Shown: positions 40,259-49,697 of the stretch, in pieces | How positions within the stretch are numbered: position 1 is the stretch's first letter | How the letters are laid out: the number at the start of each line of letters is the position of its first letter | Origin: PVC group bacterium | GTDB lineage: Bacteria > Omnitrophota > Gorgyraeia > B26-G9 | Assembly (NCBI GenBank): GCA_024231215.1 | Contig: JAAEQR010000206.1 | Location: 3,112 to 67,111 of the forward strand | Reading direction: 5' to 3' | DNA: 64,000 nt | Notes under the pieces: model-generated | The model's input: the letters and a program-made list of their open reading frames with translations, nothing else | Told to the model about the DNA's origin: nothing | The model's database searches: none | Made by a program: the position numbers and the translations under genes

Positions 40259-40758
40259 TTTCCCTTCTCAATCATTGTTTTTATTTCTTTTTGGTATGCT
40301 TCAATTAATTTATTAGTGGATGAATTATACGTTCCCCATATACCCAAAAACAGACTAATTGCAATTATAACAAGCGTAATTATTACCTTAAACAGGTCAC
40401 CACTTTTATTTTTAACAAAATCAAAAACCACTTTTCCTATTCCATCTATTGTTTTTCCTATTTTTTCATGGTGTTCATCATTTTCTTTTCGATTTTCTTT
40501 GAGGTTGCTTTCTATTCCTTCTATTGATTTTTCAATGTAATCAATTTTTAGCCCATGGAGAGATGTTACTTTTTCTGTTTCTGTTTGTTTATCCTCATTT
40601 ACCTCTGTTCGTGTTTTTAATTTATCGATAGCCTCAAATATTTTTTGATGTTCTACCAATTCTGATACTTTTTCAATCGTATAATTTGCTTTTATGCTTA
40701 CATCTTCTACTTGATCTGTCAAAATATCTACTTTTTTTTCTATGTTTTCTTTAGCCAT
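40255..40758 (-). CDS. coiled-coil protein with C-terminal transmembrane anchor (167 aa)
   Basis: Heptad-rich N-terminus, then a transmembrane segment IITLVIIAISLFLGIWG near the C-terminus. ATGA overlap with the downstream gene. Confidence 0.45.
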   Translation of the reverse strand: MAKENIEKKVDILTDQVEDVSIKANYTIEKVSELVEHQKIFEAIDKLKTRTEVNEDKQTETEKVTSLHGLKIDYIEKSIEGIESNLKENRKENDEHHEKIGKTIDGIGKVVFDFVKNKSGDLFKVIITLVIIAISLFLGIWGTYNSSTNKLIEAYQKEIKTMIEKGK

Positions 40759-40908
40759 AATAATAATTTATATCAGAATGTGTTTTTTTTCAACCTTACA
40801 TTAAATTCAACAACGTTAGGGCAAATGGTGCTGTTACGCTTTACCAATGGCATCCATTTGATCTGTTGTGTATTGTAAAAATTATTTCCATATTCTTTAG
40901 TGAGCGAT

Positions 40909-41100
40909 TTAAATACAACCACCACAATGCCAGTGTTCTCCACATGATGGACAACTTCCACATCCACAATATTGGCAAACTTCACACTCTTCTTCACATT
41001 GACTATCAACAACATTATCTTCTGTTATCACTGTGCCACACCCACATTTAAGAGGTAATTCGCATGGCCCACATGGATAATTTTCAGCAACATTTTTCAT
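40909..41100 (-). CDS. very Cys-rich small protein (63 aa, about 17 Cys), metallothionein-like/zinc-binding
   Basis: CGPCELPLKCGCG...CEEECEVCQYCGCGSCPSCGEHWHCGGC. SD GGAGGAAATTATG. Confidence 0.45.
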   Translation of the reverse strand: MKNVAENYPCGPCELPLKCGCGTVITEDNVVDSQCEEECEVCQYCGCGSCPSCGEHWHCGGCI

Positions 41101-41173
41101 AATTTCCTCCAGCGAACGGTTTATAATTTAAGAATAATTTTTATTGTACACAACTATATAAAGGGTCGACAAA

Positions 41174-41605
41174 TTAAACAAAATCTAATATTCTTTGTAC
41201 TTCGTCCTTCAACTCTTCTTCTGTACTTGCTGGCAAAAAATGATTTATGATAACATCAATAGCTTTGGAGTACAATTCCTCAAATTCAATATCATCCATT
41301 TTGTTAAATGCGATTGATTTTACCATATATATTTCTTTGCCTTTTATGGTTGTATGGATATTATAATATCCACAACGAAGAGTAATTTCACGTCTTAGCG
41401 CTTCCTTTGAATCATACTTTTCTTGGTTTGGAAACACAACTTGATTTATAAGGACAAAAAATTTTCTGTGTTTAATTTGGTCTCTGGGTTTCCATATTTC
41501 TGCTGTATATGTTTGGCCATGCTTGTATTTTTTCATAATATTGTACGACTCTTCATCGGCTGCTTCAAATTTTCCAAACACTTTTTTAACGTAAAATCTG
41601 GCCAC
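41174..41605 (-). CDS. hypothetical protein (143 aa)
   Basis: Intact ORF in the operon context. No motif. Confidence 0.45.
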   Translation of the reverse strand: MARFYVKKVFGKFEAADEESYNIMKKYKHGQTYTAEIWKPRDQIKHRKFFVLINQVVFPNQEKYDSKEALRREITLRCGYYNIHTTIKGKEIYMVKSIAFNKMDDIEFEELYSKAIDVIINHFLPASTEEELKDEVQRILDFV

Positions 41606-41623
41606 ACTTATTATCCTTTATAA

Positions 41624-42175
41624 TTAGTTGGATTCATTTTTCATAACTTCTTGGTCTATGTGATCGTCAACCCGTTGCATAATTTTGCGCTCTCTCTCAT
41701 ACATTCTTTGCTTTTGATTGTACACAATAGCTTCTTTTAATCCCCATATTCGTTTTGCACATACCCTATTGGCCTCATACACTTCATCTTGTGACCATTG
41801 ATATCGTGATTTTATCACTGCCTCCCTTATTTTTCTTACTTTTAGTGTGCCTGGATAATACATAGACTCACACACAACAAGTATTCCCGCTTTTTCTGGA
41901 ATATAGCCTATGTGTTTTTCCAAATAATGCGGAATAGCAAAATATAGTTTTTTAATTTTTGGGCTGTCATGGGTATGATATTTTTCACTATCTCTTTTCA
42001 GGTCTTGAAGGCTTACTTTAATTTCTACTTCATACGCATACCTACTCCCTGTTATAATTAGTAAGTCCAATTCATAATTAAACATACTCCAAAAAATATT
42101 AGGAACAATAGTGTTTCTTCTTATCCCAAAATACTTAGCTATTTCACACTCCATTTCAAGCGTTGTTATTTTCAT
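41624..42175 (-). CDS. possible PD-(D/E)xK-fold nuclease (183 aa)
   Basis: ELDLLIITGSRYAYEVEIK fits a D...ExK core. Weak. Confidence 0.3.
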   Translation of the reverse strand: MKITTLEMECEIAKYFGIRRNTIVPNIFWSMFNYELDLLIITGSRYAYEVEIKVSLQDLKRDSEKYHTHDSPKIKKLYFAIPHYLEKHIGYIPEKAGILVVCESMYYPGTLKVRKIREAVIKSRYQWSQDEVYEANRVCAKRIWGLKEAIVYNQKQRMYERERKIMQRVDDHIDQEVMKNESN

Positions 42176-42293
42176 TTTTTTTACTCTTCCTCAAATACAA
42201 ACCTTTTTTCTATCATATCACACACCTGATTTTTGGCTATTTTTGTTAGTGATACAATACAATCAGATGAAATTTCTCCACTAAATAATTTAT

Positions 42294-42608
42294 TTAATCT
42301 CTGACATTTTTTTCAATTTCTTTTTCATAATCAAATTGTCGCTCAATTTCTTTTTTATAAATTCCAGGTTCTATTGTTTGTTTGCCATGCTCTTGATGAT
42401 CAATTTCTAAATTTTTTAACACGTTTAGATATATATTCTCATCAGACACAAAAACTTCTAAATTTTTTGTGTCATTAATAACATGAGTATGTGTTCCCTC
42501 GCCTTTTTCAACGACATATTTGTTTTTAATACGAATTTTTTTAGAATTAATCGGCAATTTTTCTACTTTTTTCAACAAAACATCTCCGTGTTGATTGGTA
42601 ATCATCAT
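42294..42608 (-). CDS. hypothetical protein (104 aa)
   Basis: Intact ORF, SD-like GGAGATAATG. Confidence 0.45.
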   Translation of the reverse strand: MMITNQHGDVLLKKVEKLPINSKKIRIKNKYVVEKGEGTHTHVINDTKNLEVFVSDENIYLNVLKNLEIDHQEHGKQTIEPGIYKKEIERQFDYEKEIEKNVRD

Positions 42609-42614
42609 TATCTC

Positions 42615-43874
42615 CTATGTTAATTGTTTGGGTAATTTATTTATTAAAGTTTTTTCATTTTCATCAGAAATTTTCCCTAGATCGTTTCTTTCAATAATTT
42701 TGAGTTTCCACAATCGCGCCTGAGCTGCTGTTGGTGTTTCTGGTGGGACTGGTTGTGCATAATAATACCCAGAAATAGAAGCATGTTCATAATACAAATA
42801 CAATCTATCCATATCGTTTGCCTTTAGATTTAACAACTCATACCCACGCCCTGTGTTCGGGTCAGTCCATTTGTTTATACATTTAGCGTTTAATTTTTTT
42901 AATACAATATCTGCACCTATTTTATTTATTATTTCTCGCTGTACATCTACATTTTTTTCAGATAATATTAAGTTTGGATCTAATTTATCACCTGGGGTTT
43001 CAACTATATTTTGAGGCACATTAACACCGTTTAACATATACAGCCCATATCCGTCACTATAACGTAGCGCCATTTTATTTTCGTGATTAAGTTGGCCACG
43101 ATTATTTATATATATATATTGAGGCCGCTCACAAACAAATACAATATTTTCAAAATTATAACACCACCCACATGATTTTGATAAAACATACCAATCATTA
43201 ATTATTTCAAAATTATAATCAGTGTTTAATAGTTTATATTTTTGATAAAATAAATAGTATCCAATCCAACTAATATCATGCTGACCATATGACCACGTTT
43301 GGGTTATATCTGTATTATCCCAGATATTATCCCAGATATTAGCCCCGATATTATCCCCGATATTATCCCTGATATTAGCCCTGATATTATCCCAGATATT
43401 AGCCCTGATATTATCCCCGATATTATCCCCGATATTATCCCTGATATTAGCCCTGATATTATCCCAGATATTATCCCAGATATTAGCCCTGATATTATCC
43501 CCGATATAATCCCTGATATTAGCCCTGATATTATCCCAGATATTATCCCCGATATTATCCCTGATATTAGCCCCGATATTATCCCAGATATTAGCCCTGA
43601 TATTAGCCCCGATATTATCCCCGATATTATCCCTGATATTATCCCTGATATTATCCCTGATATTATCCTTGATATTAATAATTATATTTGCTTGTAATGG
43701 ACTTTGGCAATACCAATATTTAGGATTTTTATATCCTAAAATATTATAAAATTTATTCCAAATTTTTTCTACATTTTTTTTATCAGTTTTTTCTGTTGAG
43801 CGTCCTATTTCTAAACAGTGTTTTTGCCACTCGTTTATTTTGTTCTCCAAATTGTCTACATGTGTTATTTTCAT
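42615..43874 (-). CDS. tetrapeptide tandem-repeat protein: [W/G/R]-[D/A]-N-I x about 30, flanked by unique N- and C-terminal domains
   Basis: Read directly: about 120 aa of a strict 4-residue period (…RDNIRDNIGDNIGANIRANIWDNI…). 65-aa unique N-terminus and about 230-aa unique C-terminus. The reading frame is continuous with the flanks. Confidence 0.5.
   Translation of the reverse strand: MKITHVDNLENKINEWQKHCLEIGRSTEKTDKKNVEKIWNKFYNILGYKNPKYWYCQSPLQANIIINIKDNIRDNIRDNIRDNIGDNIGANIRANIWDNIGANIRDNIGDNIWDNIRANIRDYIGDNIRANIWDNIWDNIRANIRDNIGDNIGDNIRANIWDNIRANIRDNIGDNIGANIWDNIWDNTDITQTWSYGQHDISWIGYYLFYQKYKLLNTDYNFEIINDWYVLSKSCGWCYNFENIVFVCERPQYIYINNRGQLNHENKMALRYSDGYGLYMLNGVNVPQNIVETPGDKLDPNLILSEKNVDVQREIINKIGADIVLKKLNAKCINKWTDPNTGRGYELLNLKANDMDRLYLYYEHASISGYYYAQPVPPETPTAAQARLWKLKIIERNDLGKISDENEKTLINKLPKQLT
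43313..43676. repeat. 12-bp tandem repeat array (about 30 copies; GATATTAKCCCN on + strand) inside the CDS
   Basis: Units differ at essentially two nucleotide positions (NGG codon 1: T/G/A; GMT codon 2: A/C). This gives W/G/R and D/A alternatives. Confidence 0.75.
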
Positions 43875-44224
43875 TTTGTACCTCTAACGTTAAATTTTTT
43901 TGCTAATTCTCCAGCTATTTTTCTCACTTCTGCTTGTTCTTGGCCAGTAGGTTTTTTCCCCGGATCAAAAGTATTACACGTTTTTTTTGTGGCTTCAACG
44001 GCCTGTCTAAAATCATACATGTTCGGGAATTTATTGTATTTCGAGTCATGGTTTAGCTTTAGCCAATTACAAGCATTATCTAATTTTTCATATGAATATT
44101 TTTCCACATATGGCCAGAGTATTGTATCAGCAAATAATTTATCTGTTCTGGCATTGGGAGAATTAAGAAGGTTTAATTCAACAACTAATTGTTTTATTCT
44201 TTTATCAAATTGTGTTTTGTTCAT
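43871..44224 (-). CDS. hypothetical protein (117 aa)
   Basis: ATGA overlap with the repeat-protein gene. Confidence 0.45.
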   Translation of the reverse strand: MNKTQFDKRIKQLVVELNLLNSPNARTDKLFADTILWPYVEKYSYEKLDNACNWLKLNHDSKYNKFPNMYDFRQAVEATKKTCNTFDPGKKPTGQEQAEVRKIAGELAKKFNVRGTK

Positions 44225-44415
44225 GTAGCTTTCCTTTCTAAACAGTCCAAGAGATAGTTTGCAAGTTCGTGCTGTTCTTCTAATTCTCGCTTGTACCTTT
44301 CCTCCTGTCTCCCATATTTAATAATCCCAGGGAATAAGAAAAGGAATCCATGTAAATTTCGAATCCCATATGGTTTATTGTCGTTGTAAATTATTTTCAA
44401 ATCATTCATTATCAA
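44221..44415 (-). CDS. small hypothetical protein (64 aa)
   Basis: Overlapping start/stop on both sides (operon packing). Confidence 0.35.
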   Translation of the reverse strand: MIMNDLKIIYNDNKPYGIRNLHGFLFLFPGIIKYGRQEERYKRELEEQHELANYLLDCLERKAT

Positions 44416-45119
44416 TCATCCCATACTGTTTTTTGTTGAAGTTGGTTGCAATCTTTTTTCAACCACTTGCCAGCAGTTAAAAATAGGCTTATATAGTTAG
44501 TATTTTTACGATAGTTTTCAATCCTATCTAAAACATCATCAATCTGTTCTTTTGAATAAGCTTTGTTTAGTTTTTCAAATTCACAATTGGTTATTTTCAA
44601 ATGACGGAATTTTCTATATACGTTATTGCTAGTAACTATCTTACTAGGTATATCATTATCATAGTTATATTCATATTCATATTCATTTTCATAGAAAGTT
44701 TTGTCAAACTTTTCAAAAACTTTATATAAAGTTTTCCTAAACTTTGGATAAGTGTCTAAAAAACAATGCCATAGAGTGGTACGGAAATCATATACGTCTC
44801 TAAGTATTGATTTCTCTATGAGATCTGGTCTCCCAATCCTTTGACCGTTATACCTGTAGAAGTTTTTAACAAACACATAACTACCATCTTTATCATAAAA
44901 AATATTAGGGTGTATACTTAATAGTGTCTTTTTCACTTTATCAGATTTCCAGTTAAGGACAAAGCCTATTTTTTTAAATGATATTTTGTAGATACCAGAC
45001 TCAGTACATTTACTATTTGTTATGAGATAAAAGAAGAGTGTTTTTTGTGCATCAGTGTATTTTAAAAACTTATCTTCATCATCCCAGATTGCTATATATA
45101 CAGGTCTATATCTTGCCAT
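44412..45119 (-). CDS. hypothetical protein (235 aa)
   Basis: Intact ORF with ATGA overlaps. Tyr/Asn-rich. Function unknown. A replication-associated role is possible by position only. Confidence 0.45.
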   Translation of the reverse strand: MARYRPVYIAIWDDEDKFLKYTDAQKTLFFYLITNSKCTESGIYKISFKKIGFVLNWKSDKVKKTLLSIHPNIFYDKDGSYVFVKNFYRYNGQRIGRPDLIEKSILRDVYDFRTTLWHCFLDTYPKFRKTLYKVFEKFDKTFYENEYEYEYNYDNDIPSKIVTSNNVYRKFRHLKITNCEFEKLNKAYSKEQIDDVLDRIENYRKNTNYISLFLTAGKWLKKDCNQLQQKTVWDD

Positions 45120-45534
45120 TACATTCCTTTATTGCTTTATGTATTGCCTCTATACAAAAATCATACTTTGTGACAAAAAACATTATTTCGTCTTTGAAAG
45201 ATTTTTTGTCTGCATAAAAATGCAAGTTTTCGCTTATATAAACTAGCTCTCTTGATAAAAATCCGTTGCCTCTCATATCACTACTAAAAATAGATAGGTT
45301 TTCATACAATCCATTGTGTTCGTCTTTGTGGCATTTATCACAAAGTGTTATTATTTGGTAGTTGTAATATTCCCAAGGATACAATTCCTCATAGTAAACA
45401 GTATGGTGGGCATGTAGTTGATCATCTTTAGATTTACACAATCTGCAAGTAAATTCATCTCGCTCCAATATCTCAAGCCGTTTCTTTTGCCATTTAGGAT
45501 CTTTGAAACTATTAAAGTATTCTTTCTTGGTCAT
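45106..45534 (-). CDS. HNH endonuclease
   Basis: CRLC...[11 protein letters not shown]...CDKCHKDEH: HNH motif with paired Cys zinc knuckles. Confidence 0.6.
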   Translation of the reverse strand: MTKKEYFNSFKDPKWQKKRLEILERDEFTCRLCKSKDDQLHAHHTVYYEELYPWEYYNYQIITLCDKCHKDEHNGLYENLSIFSSDMRGNGFLSRELVYISENLHFYADKKSFKDEIMFFVTKYDFCIEAIHKAIKECNGKI

Positions 45535-45562
45535 TTTATTTACCTTTAGCGGTTATCACCCA

Positions 45563-45853
45563 TTATCCGTAATATCCTAATCCTGTGTGTTGTCGAGGGT
45601 TTTTAAATATTTTTTTAATTAATTCTATATTACATTTTTTCCTATGTAACTGAGTTTTACCTTTTTTAGGATGATTTATTACTGTTGAAATAGTTAGTGT
45701 AGACATGTAGACATTTATCCGTACACCATTTTTTTGATAGCTCACCATAAAATTAGGTTTATTTTCAAATGTTTTTTTGTAACCATTTTCAGAAGCAATT
45801 TTGTTAACCGCTGTTTTATTTTCTTTTATTTCGGTTTGGTCTGGTTTGGACAT
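45563..45853 (-). CDS. hypothetical basic protein (96 aa)
   Basis: Intact ORF. Lys-rich. Confidence 0.4.
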   Translation of the reverse strand: MSKPDQTEIKENKTAVNKIASENGYKKTFENKPNFMVSYQKNGVRINVYMSTLTISTVINHPKKGKTQLHRKKCNIELIKKIFKNPRQHTGLGYYG

Positions 45854-45880
45854 TATTAATCCTGTTTATTTGGTATTAAT

Positions 45881-45953
45881 TTCATTCAAATAAAGAAGGG
45901 ACTCAATACAGCCCGAAAGCAAGGGACTAACTTGCTACTGTATCAAGCCCTTC
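45881..45953 (-). terminator. rho-independent terminator on - strand (long hairpin + U-run)
   Basis: On the - strand: GAAGGG ... (inner GCAAGT..CTTGC hairpin) ... CCCTTC followed by TTTATTTGAA. Arms at 45895-45900 and 45948-45953. Confidence 0.45.
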
Positions 45954-46063
45954 ATAATTTTCTTATTCATTGATTTAGTCCTTTTGTAGTTGAGACTATT
46001 TCGGTTTATCTCTATTCCCCTATAATATAACACAATTATAATTAATTTACAATGGTTTTAAAT

Positions 46064-46444
46064 TTAAAAAGGCAAATCATCCATTGTTCCAAAATCCGAA
46101 CGTTTTTTATCTATTTTTGAGGTACTATAAGAAATTTCAGTATTCACAGCAACTTCAAATTCATTTTCGCAGTCCTCACATTCCAATTTACCGGATGAAT
46201 AATCCCAGGAATCGGCAAATTCATAGCCGCAATAAGGGCAAATAATTTCACCTGTAAATTGTGTTTCACCGCCAAACTTTTCAATTCTTTTTTCTACTCT
46301 ATTTTTGTGGCAACTATAACACAATAAACCCTCTATATAGTAACATAAATTTTCTTTTGTTTTACAATCGGCGCAAAAATAGTGTTTCTCGCACCTATCC
46401 AAATGTTCAGGGTCTTTTTTGGCGCATATTTCACATTTAAACAT
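46064..46444 (-). CDS. Cys-rich zinc-ribbon protein (126 aa)
   Basis: Multiple CxxC pairs (CEIC, CADC, CYSC, CPYC, CEDC). Confidence 0.45.
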   Translation of the reverse strand: MFKCEICAKKDPEHLDRCEKHYFCADCKTKENLCYYIEGLLCYSCHKNRVEKRIEKFGGETQFTGEIICPYCGYEFADSWDYSSGKLECEDCENEFEVAVNTEISYSTSKIDKKRSDFGTMDDLPF

Positions 46445-46462
46445 AATTATTGCCTCTCTGTG

Positions 46463-46672
46463 TTAACTAATTATACATTCATTGGCGTACGCAGGTGTTA
46501 TACAAATGCTATCTTTGTTTCCCAACAAATCAATTTTGTTTATTCGGACGCTATCGTCAACGTCAAGTGTAATTGTCAATTGTTTATTTCCAACTTGTAT
46601 GACAATACGTTCTAATGGGTTATTAATATTTTTATCAGAATTTAGCCTTGTTAAAAACATTTGTGATTTCAC
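46463..46672 (-). CDS. small hypothetical protein (69 aa)
   Basis: ATGA overlap with the upstream VRR-NUC gene. Confidence 0.35.
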   Translation of the reverse strand: MKSQMFLTRLNSDKNINNPLERIVIQVGNKQLTITLDVDDSVRINKIDLLGNKDSICITPAYANECIIS

Positions 46673-47151
46673 AATTCAATTCCTTTCTCTTCGCAGAGTT
46701 TTTTAATTTTCTCAGCAACTTCAATATATTCCTCAACTAATTTAATTACCGCATCAGGGTCTTTCATTTTATTCACAGCGACATCCCGCGCCCATAACTT
46801 TTGTTTTCCGTGCAATCGACCTTTTTTTGATTTTAATTCGAGCATGAGATTTAAATTAAATTTTTCACCTAATCTGATAAAACATGGGTTGTCTGGGCAC
46901 CCGGCAAGGCCGTTATTGTATTTGCCATTTCTGCCTCGTGCGCCTCCTGATAGTAATGCACACACTTTCGGGGCGTTTAGCGTTAACCATTTCCACACAC
47001 CATCCGGAATGTGGAAGTTTTTTATTTTTCTAACAGACAACAAATCATCCACAAGCTTCTGTAAATCTGCCTCAGTAATATCAACTTTGCCGATATTATT
47101 TTCACCCTTATAATATCTTCCGCATTGCTTTTTTTTAGATATTGGGTTCAT
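46669..47151 (-). CDS. VRR-NUC domain nuclease
   Basis: PDGVW ... LMLELKSKKGRLHGKQKLW matches the VRR-NUC PD-(D/E)xK core (D...ELK..KG.LS..Q). Confidence 0.5.
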   Translation of the reverse strand: MNPISKKKQCGRYYKGENNIGKVDITEADLQKLVDDLLSVRKIKNFHIPDGVWKWLTLNAPKVCALLSGGARGRNGKYNNGLAGCPDNPCFIRLGEKFNLNLMLELKSKKGRLHGKQKLWARDVAVNKMKDPDAVIKLVEEYIEVAEKIKKLCEEKGIEL

Positions 47152-47505
47152 TTAATTAATCCTTTGGTAATTAGATATGGAGAGCAGCCCAAGTAGTCCG
47201 GTTGCGTAAGCGGACTGACAGTTTATTACTCCCTTGTAGCCGGGCTGGCCTTGTCGAGGGCTAGGCGATTATTTTTTTCATCCTGAACCACTCCCCATTT
47301 TTTCATTTTTGCCTCTTTTTTATTCTTAATGCCTTTCGTGCTTTTGCAATTTCTTGAGCATCGAATTTTTTACTGTTGTAATTATTGCCACAATAATAAT
47401 ATTTTTTTGAATTACCTGACAATAGCGCTGCTGCCATTAGGCCGGCATAATGTTGTATTTTCATAATTTAACACCCTCAATAGTTAATTGTTATGTGTTT
47501 AATTG

Positions 47506-48108
47506 TTAACTCCTATACTTTTCAACAATATTATTTAGCTCATCAATAAATAATTCAATTTCTATTCTAAGCAAACGAATAAAGGCATCATTTCTCTCCC
47601 ACCTTACAATTAAAGGCTTAAAACCTCTACAGTAGCTCACCAAATCCCACCATTGGCGACCGGTAACCAATAGACACCCCTGTACCTGCTGGAAATGTTC
47701 GGACTCCGACCACCCATTTTCGAGCCTGTCGAGGTGAACATGTGGAGCTGCATTTTTCGTTTCAAACCCGCCATGCTCACCGACAAGCCCATCAGGAGAA
47801 CAACCAAAAGTTTTATTTTTGTCGAAGAAGCAAAATCCGACTTGTTCAACTTTGACTTCATTAATAAACTCATACATTTTTCTGGATTCATCTTCACGCT
47901 CGTGCCCAAGCTCCATATTTGCATTTGTGTATCCATTTGCCTTTTCACCGGTAACTATTTCACCAGCCAACTCATACAAGTATTTTTTTCGTTGAGATGA
48001 TCTTTTTCCGGTAGACGTAACAATCTTTTTGAAGTTAGAAGCTGTCGGCTTGCCCAATCTGGCTTGATACCATTCATCACTATTCTGTTCACAATCAATT
48101 ATTATCAT
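47506..48108 (-). CDS. YqaJ-type viral recombinase exonuclease (lambda-exonuclease-like)
   Basis: N-terminus QNSDEWYQARLGKPTASNF matches the YqaJ signature (Q.S.EWL..R.GkiTASe). Confidence 0.6.
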   Translation of the reverse strand: MIIIDCEQNSDEWYQARLGKPTASNFKKIVTSTGKRSSQRKKYLYELAGEIVTGEKANGYTNANMELGHEREDESRKMYEFINEVKVEQVGFCFFDKNKTFGCSPDGLVGEHGGFETKNAAPHVHLDRLENGWSESEHFQQVQGCLLVTGRQWWDLVSYCRGFKPLIVRWERNDAFIRLLRIEIELFIDELNNIVEKYRS

Positions 48109-48892
48109 TGGTTTTCTCCTTTTTTGTCTCCTTTTTTATTTTTTTTATGGTTTCATTGGCATTCAAAGCGATTATTGCAATATTATGCATTTTTTTTGGA
48201 ATTGATTCGATATTTGCTACACCAAGACAATTTAAAAATTTTTCAACATTGGCTTCAGTGTGTGCAATCATATCAAGGATTTGATGTTTTTGCTCGTCAT
48301 CTATATATTCTTCCATCTCACCACTAGACCCGTCATCATCTTGGTCGTGTGTTGCTAACCCGGTTAGTGACAACAATGTATATCGTTGTAGATAGGTATT
48401 TGTTGAACCTATTGCCTGTAAATTGTTTTTCCGCCCTGAGTTATCTGCACCGGCAGAAAGCGAAGTACTTTCGCTGTAGCCCATTGAATGCGTTATGGTG
48501 CATGTTACTGTAATATTGCCGTCTTTCTGGTCTGTTTGCCATGCCGCCGATAGTCCATGTGTAGCTAATGCGCTATTGATTGTATTGGTGACATTACCAA
48601 GGCTTGCATGGGTGTATCCAGTAGCGCTCCCATCTTTATTGTTATATCCAACTTTTTTATCTTTTACAATTTTGGGTGGATCGCTTTTAAAATTTGCCAT
48701 AGCTTGAGTATAAGCTTTTTTAGCTTGCATATCATCCCACTTAGCTTGTAATTCAAGCATTTTTTCCATTTTTCCAAGATCAATATCTTTTGACATGGCC
48801 ATTTGCAATACTGCTATGGGCGAGCCATTGGACTCTATTGCTTCGATTTGTGTTTCTGCCGGAGTCTCTGCTAATTCAAATTTATTCTCCAT
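48095..48892 (-). CDS. putative single-strand annealing protein (ERF/RecT-like) partnered with the exonuclease
   Basis: Adjacent to and overlapping the YqaJ gene (classic exo + SSAP pair). GSTNTYLQRYTL segment. Family not resolved by eye. Confidence 0.4.
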   Translation of the reverse strand: MENKFELAETPAETQIEAIESNGSPIAVLQMAMSKDIDLGKMEKMLELQAKWDDMQAKKAYTQAMANFKSDPPKIVKDKKVGYNNKDGSATGYTHASLGNVTNTINSALATHGLSAAWQTDQKDGNITVTCTITHSMGYSESTSLSAGADNSGRKNNLQAIGSTNTYLQRYTLLSLTGLATHDQDDDGSSGEMEEYIDDEQKHQILDMIAHTEANVEKFLNCLGVANIESIPKKMHNIAIIALNANETIKKIKKETKKEKTNDNN

Positions 48893-49094
48893 GATAATTT
48901 TCCTCTCTATCTGCTTGATTTTCTATTTGGATAGCTTCTTTTATTTCATTCATTAGTTTAATTCCTTTTCGTAAGTTGCTCAAAACATTAAGGTTATCGG
49001 TGGCCATCTTTCTTGGGCAACATCGTCCTATTGCATTTGTAATATCCTCAACTGTTTCACTATTCCAGTTCTTAATCTGTAAGTTCATGGACAT
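48882..49094 (-). CDS. small hypothetical protein (70 aa)
   Basis: Overlapping start/stop with neighbours. Confidence 0.35.
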   Translation of the reverse strand: MSMNLQIKNWNSETVEDITNAIGRCCPRKMATDNLNVLSNLRKGIKLMNEIKEAIQIENQADREENYHGE

Positions 49095-49272
49095 CTCCTA
49101 TGTTTGGTGGTAATTCTTTTATTGGTCTAAAATGTTCCTCGATTACATCGCCTTCACCACATTTACAATAGTATAGCGCGGTTTCTTTGTCTTTTACCTC
49201 TTTGATTAGATATTTAAATAATCCAGGTATGGTAAAACGTACATCAACAATATAATTATTTAATACTATCAT
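49072..49272 (-). CDS. small hypothetical protein (66 aa)
   Basis: SD GGAGGAATAAATG. Confidence 0.4.
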   Translation of the reverse strand: MIVLNNYIVDVRFTIPGLFKYLIKEVKDKETALYYCKCGEGDVIEEHFRPIKELPPNIGDVHELTD

Positions 49273-49432
49273 TTATTCCTCCTCGTCAAGGATTTCATTA
49301 AAATTATCATATATTCTATGTGTTATACCAATGATATCCCCGGAATCAAAATTATGATTGGAAAAATATTTTGTGAGGATGTTGTCATTAATATAAGTGT
49401 ATAGTTTCATTTGTGTGTCATTGCTAAGGCTA

Positions 49433-49684
49433 TCAAATGGTTTCATTTTTGGTTTCCTTTTCTATGGATATTCTAATCTTGCCATTATCATACGTTATTA
49501 AACTATTACTACTTCTATGGTATTCGTCTATGTCGAGATAGTCAAGCGCGTCTTGTTCAGCTATCAAGCTATAAGGAGTACCGTACTTATTGTAATCAAT
49601 CGTCCAAAACCCTAATTTATATAGTTTTTTTATAGCTCTTTTCTTGGCTAATTTTAGCAAATCATCTGGTGTAAGTTTTTTCAT
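49433..49684 (-). CDS. small protein, paralog A (83 aa)
   Basis: Shares KLGFW.IDYNKYGTPYSL ... KIRISIE with the adjacent 91-aa ORF. Confidence 0.45.
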   Translation of the reverse strand: MKKLTPDDLLKLAKKRAIKKLYKLGFWTIDYNKYGTPYSLIAEQDALDYLDIDEYHRSSNSLITYDNGKIRISIEKETKNETI

Positions 49685-49697
49685 ATTGTTTTTTCCT

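Noticed and set aside
43299-43697. + strand ORF (132 aa, DIIPDISPD...) and the possibility of a CRISPR-like array
   Set aside because: It is the mirror reading of the 12-bp tandem repeat. The units are contiguous with no spacers and are in frame with a longer - strand gene that has unique flanks.
47178-47268. GC-rich island as a tRNA gene
   Set aside because: No GTTC-type T-loop and no cloverleaf in either orientation. Kept only as an unspecified structured element.
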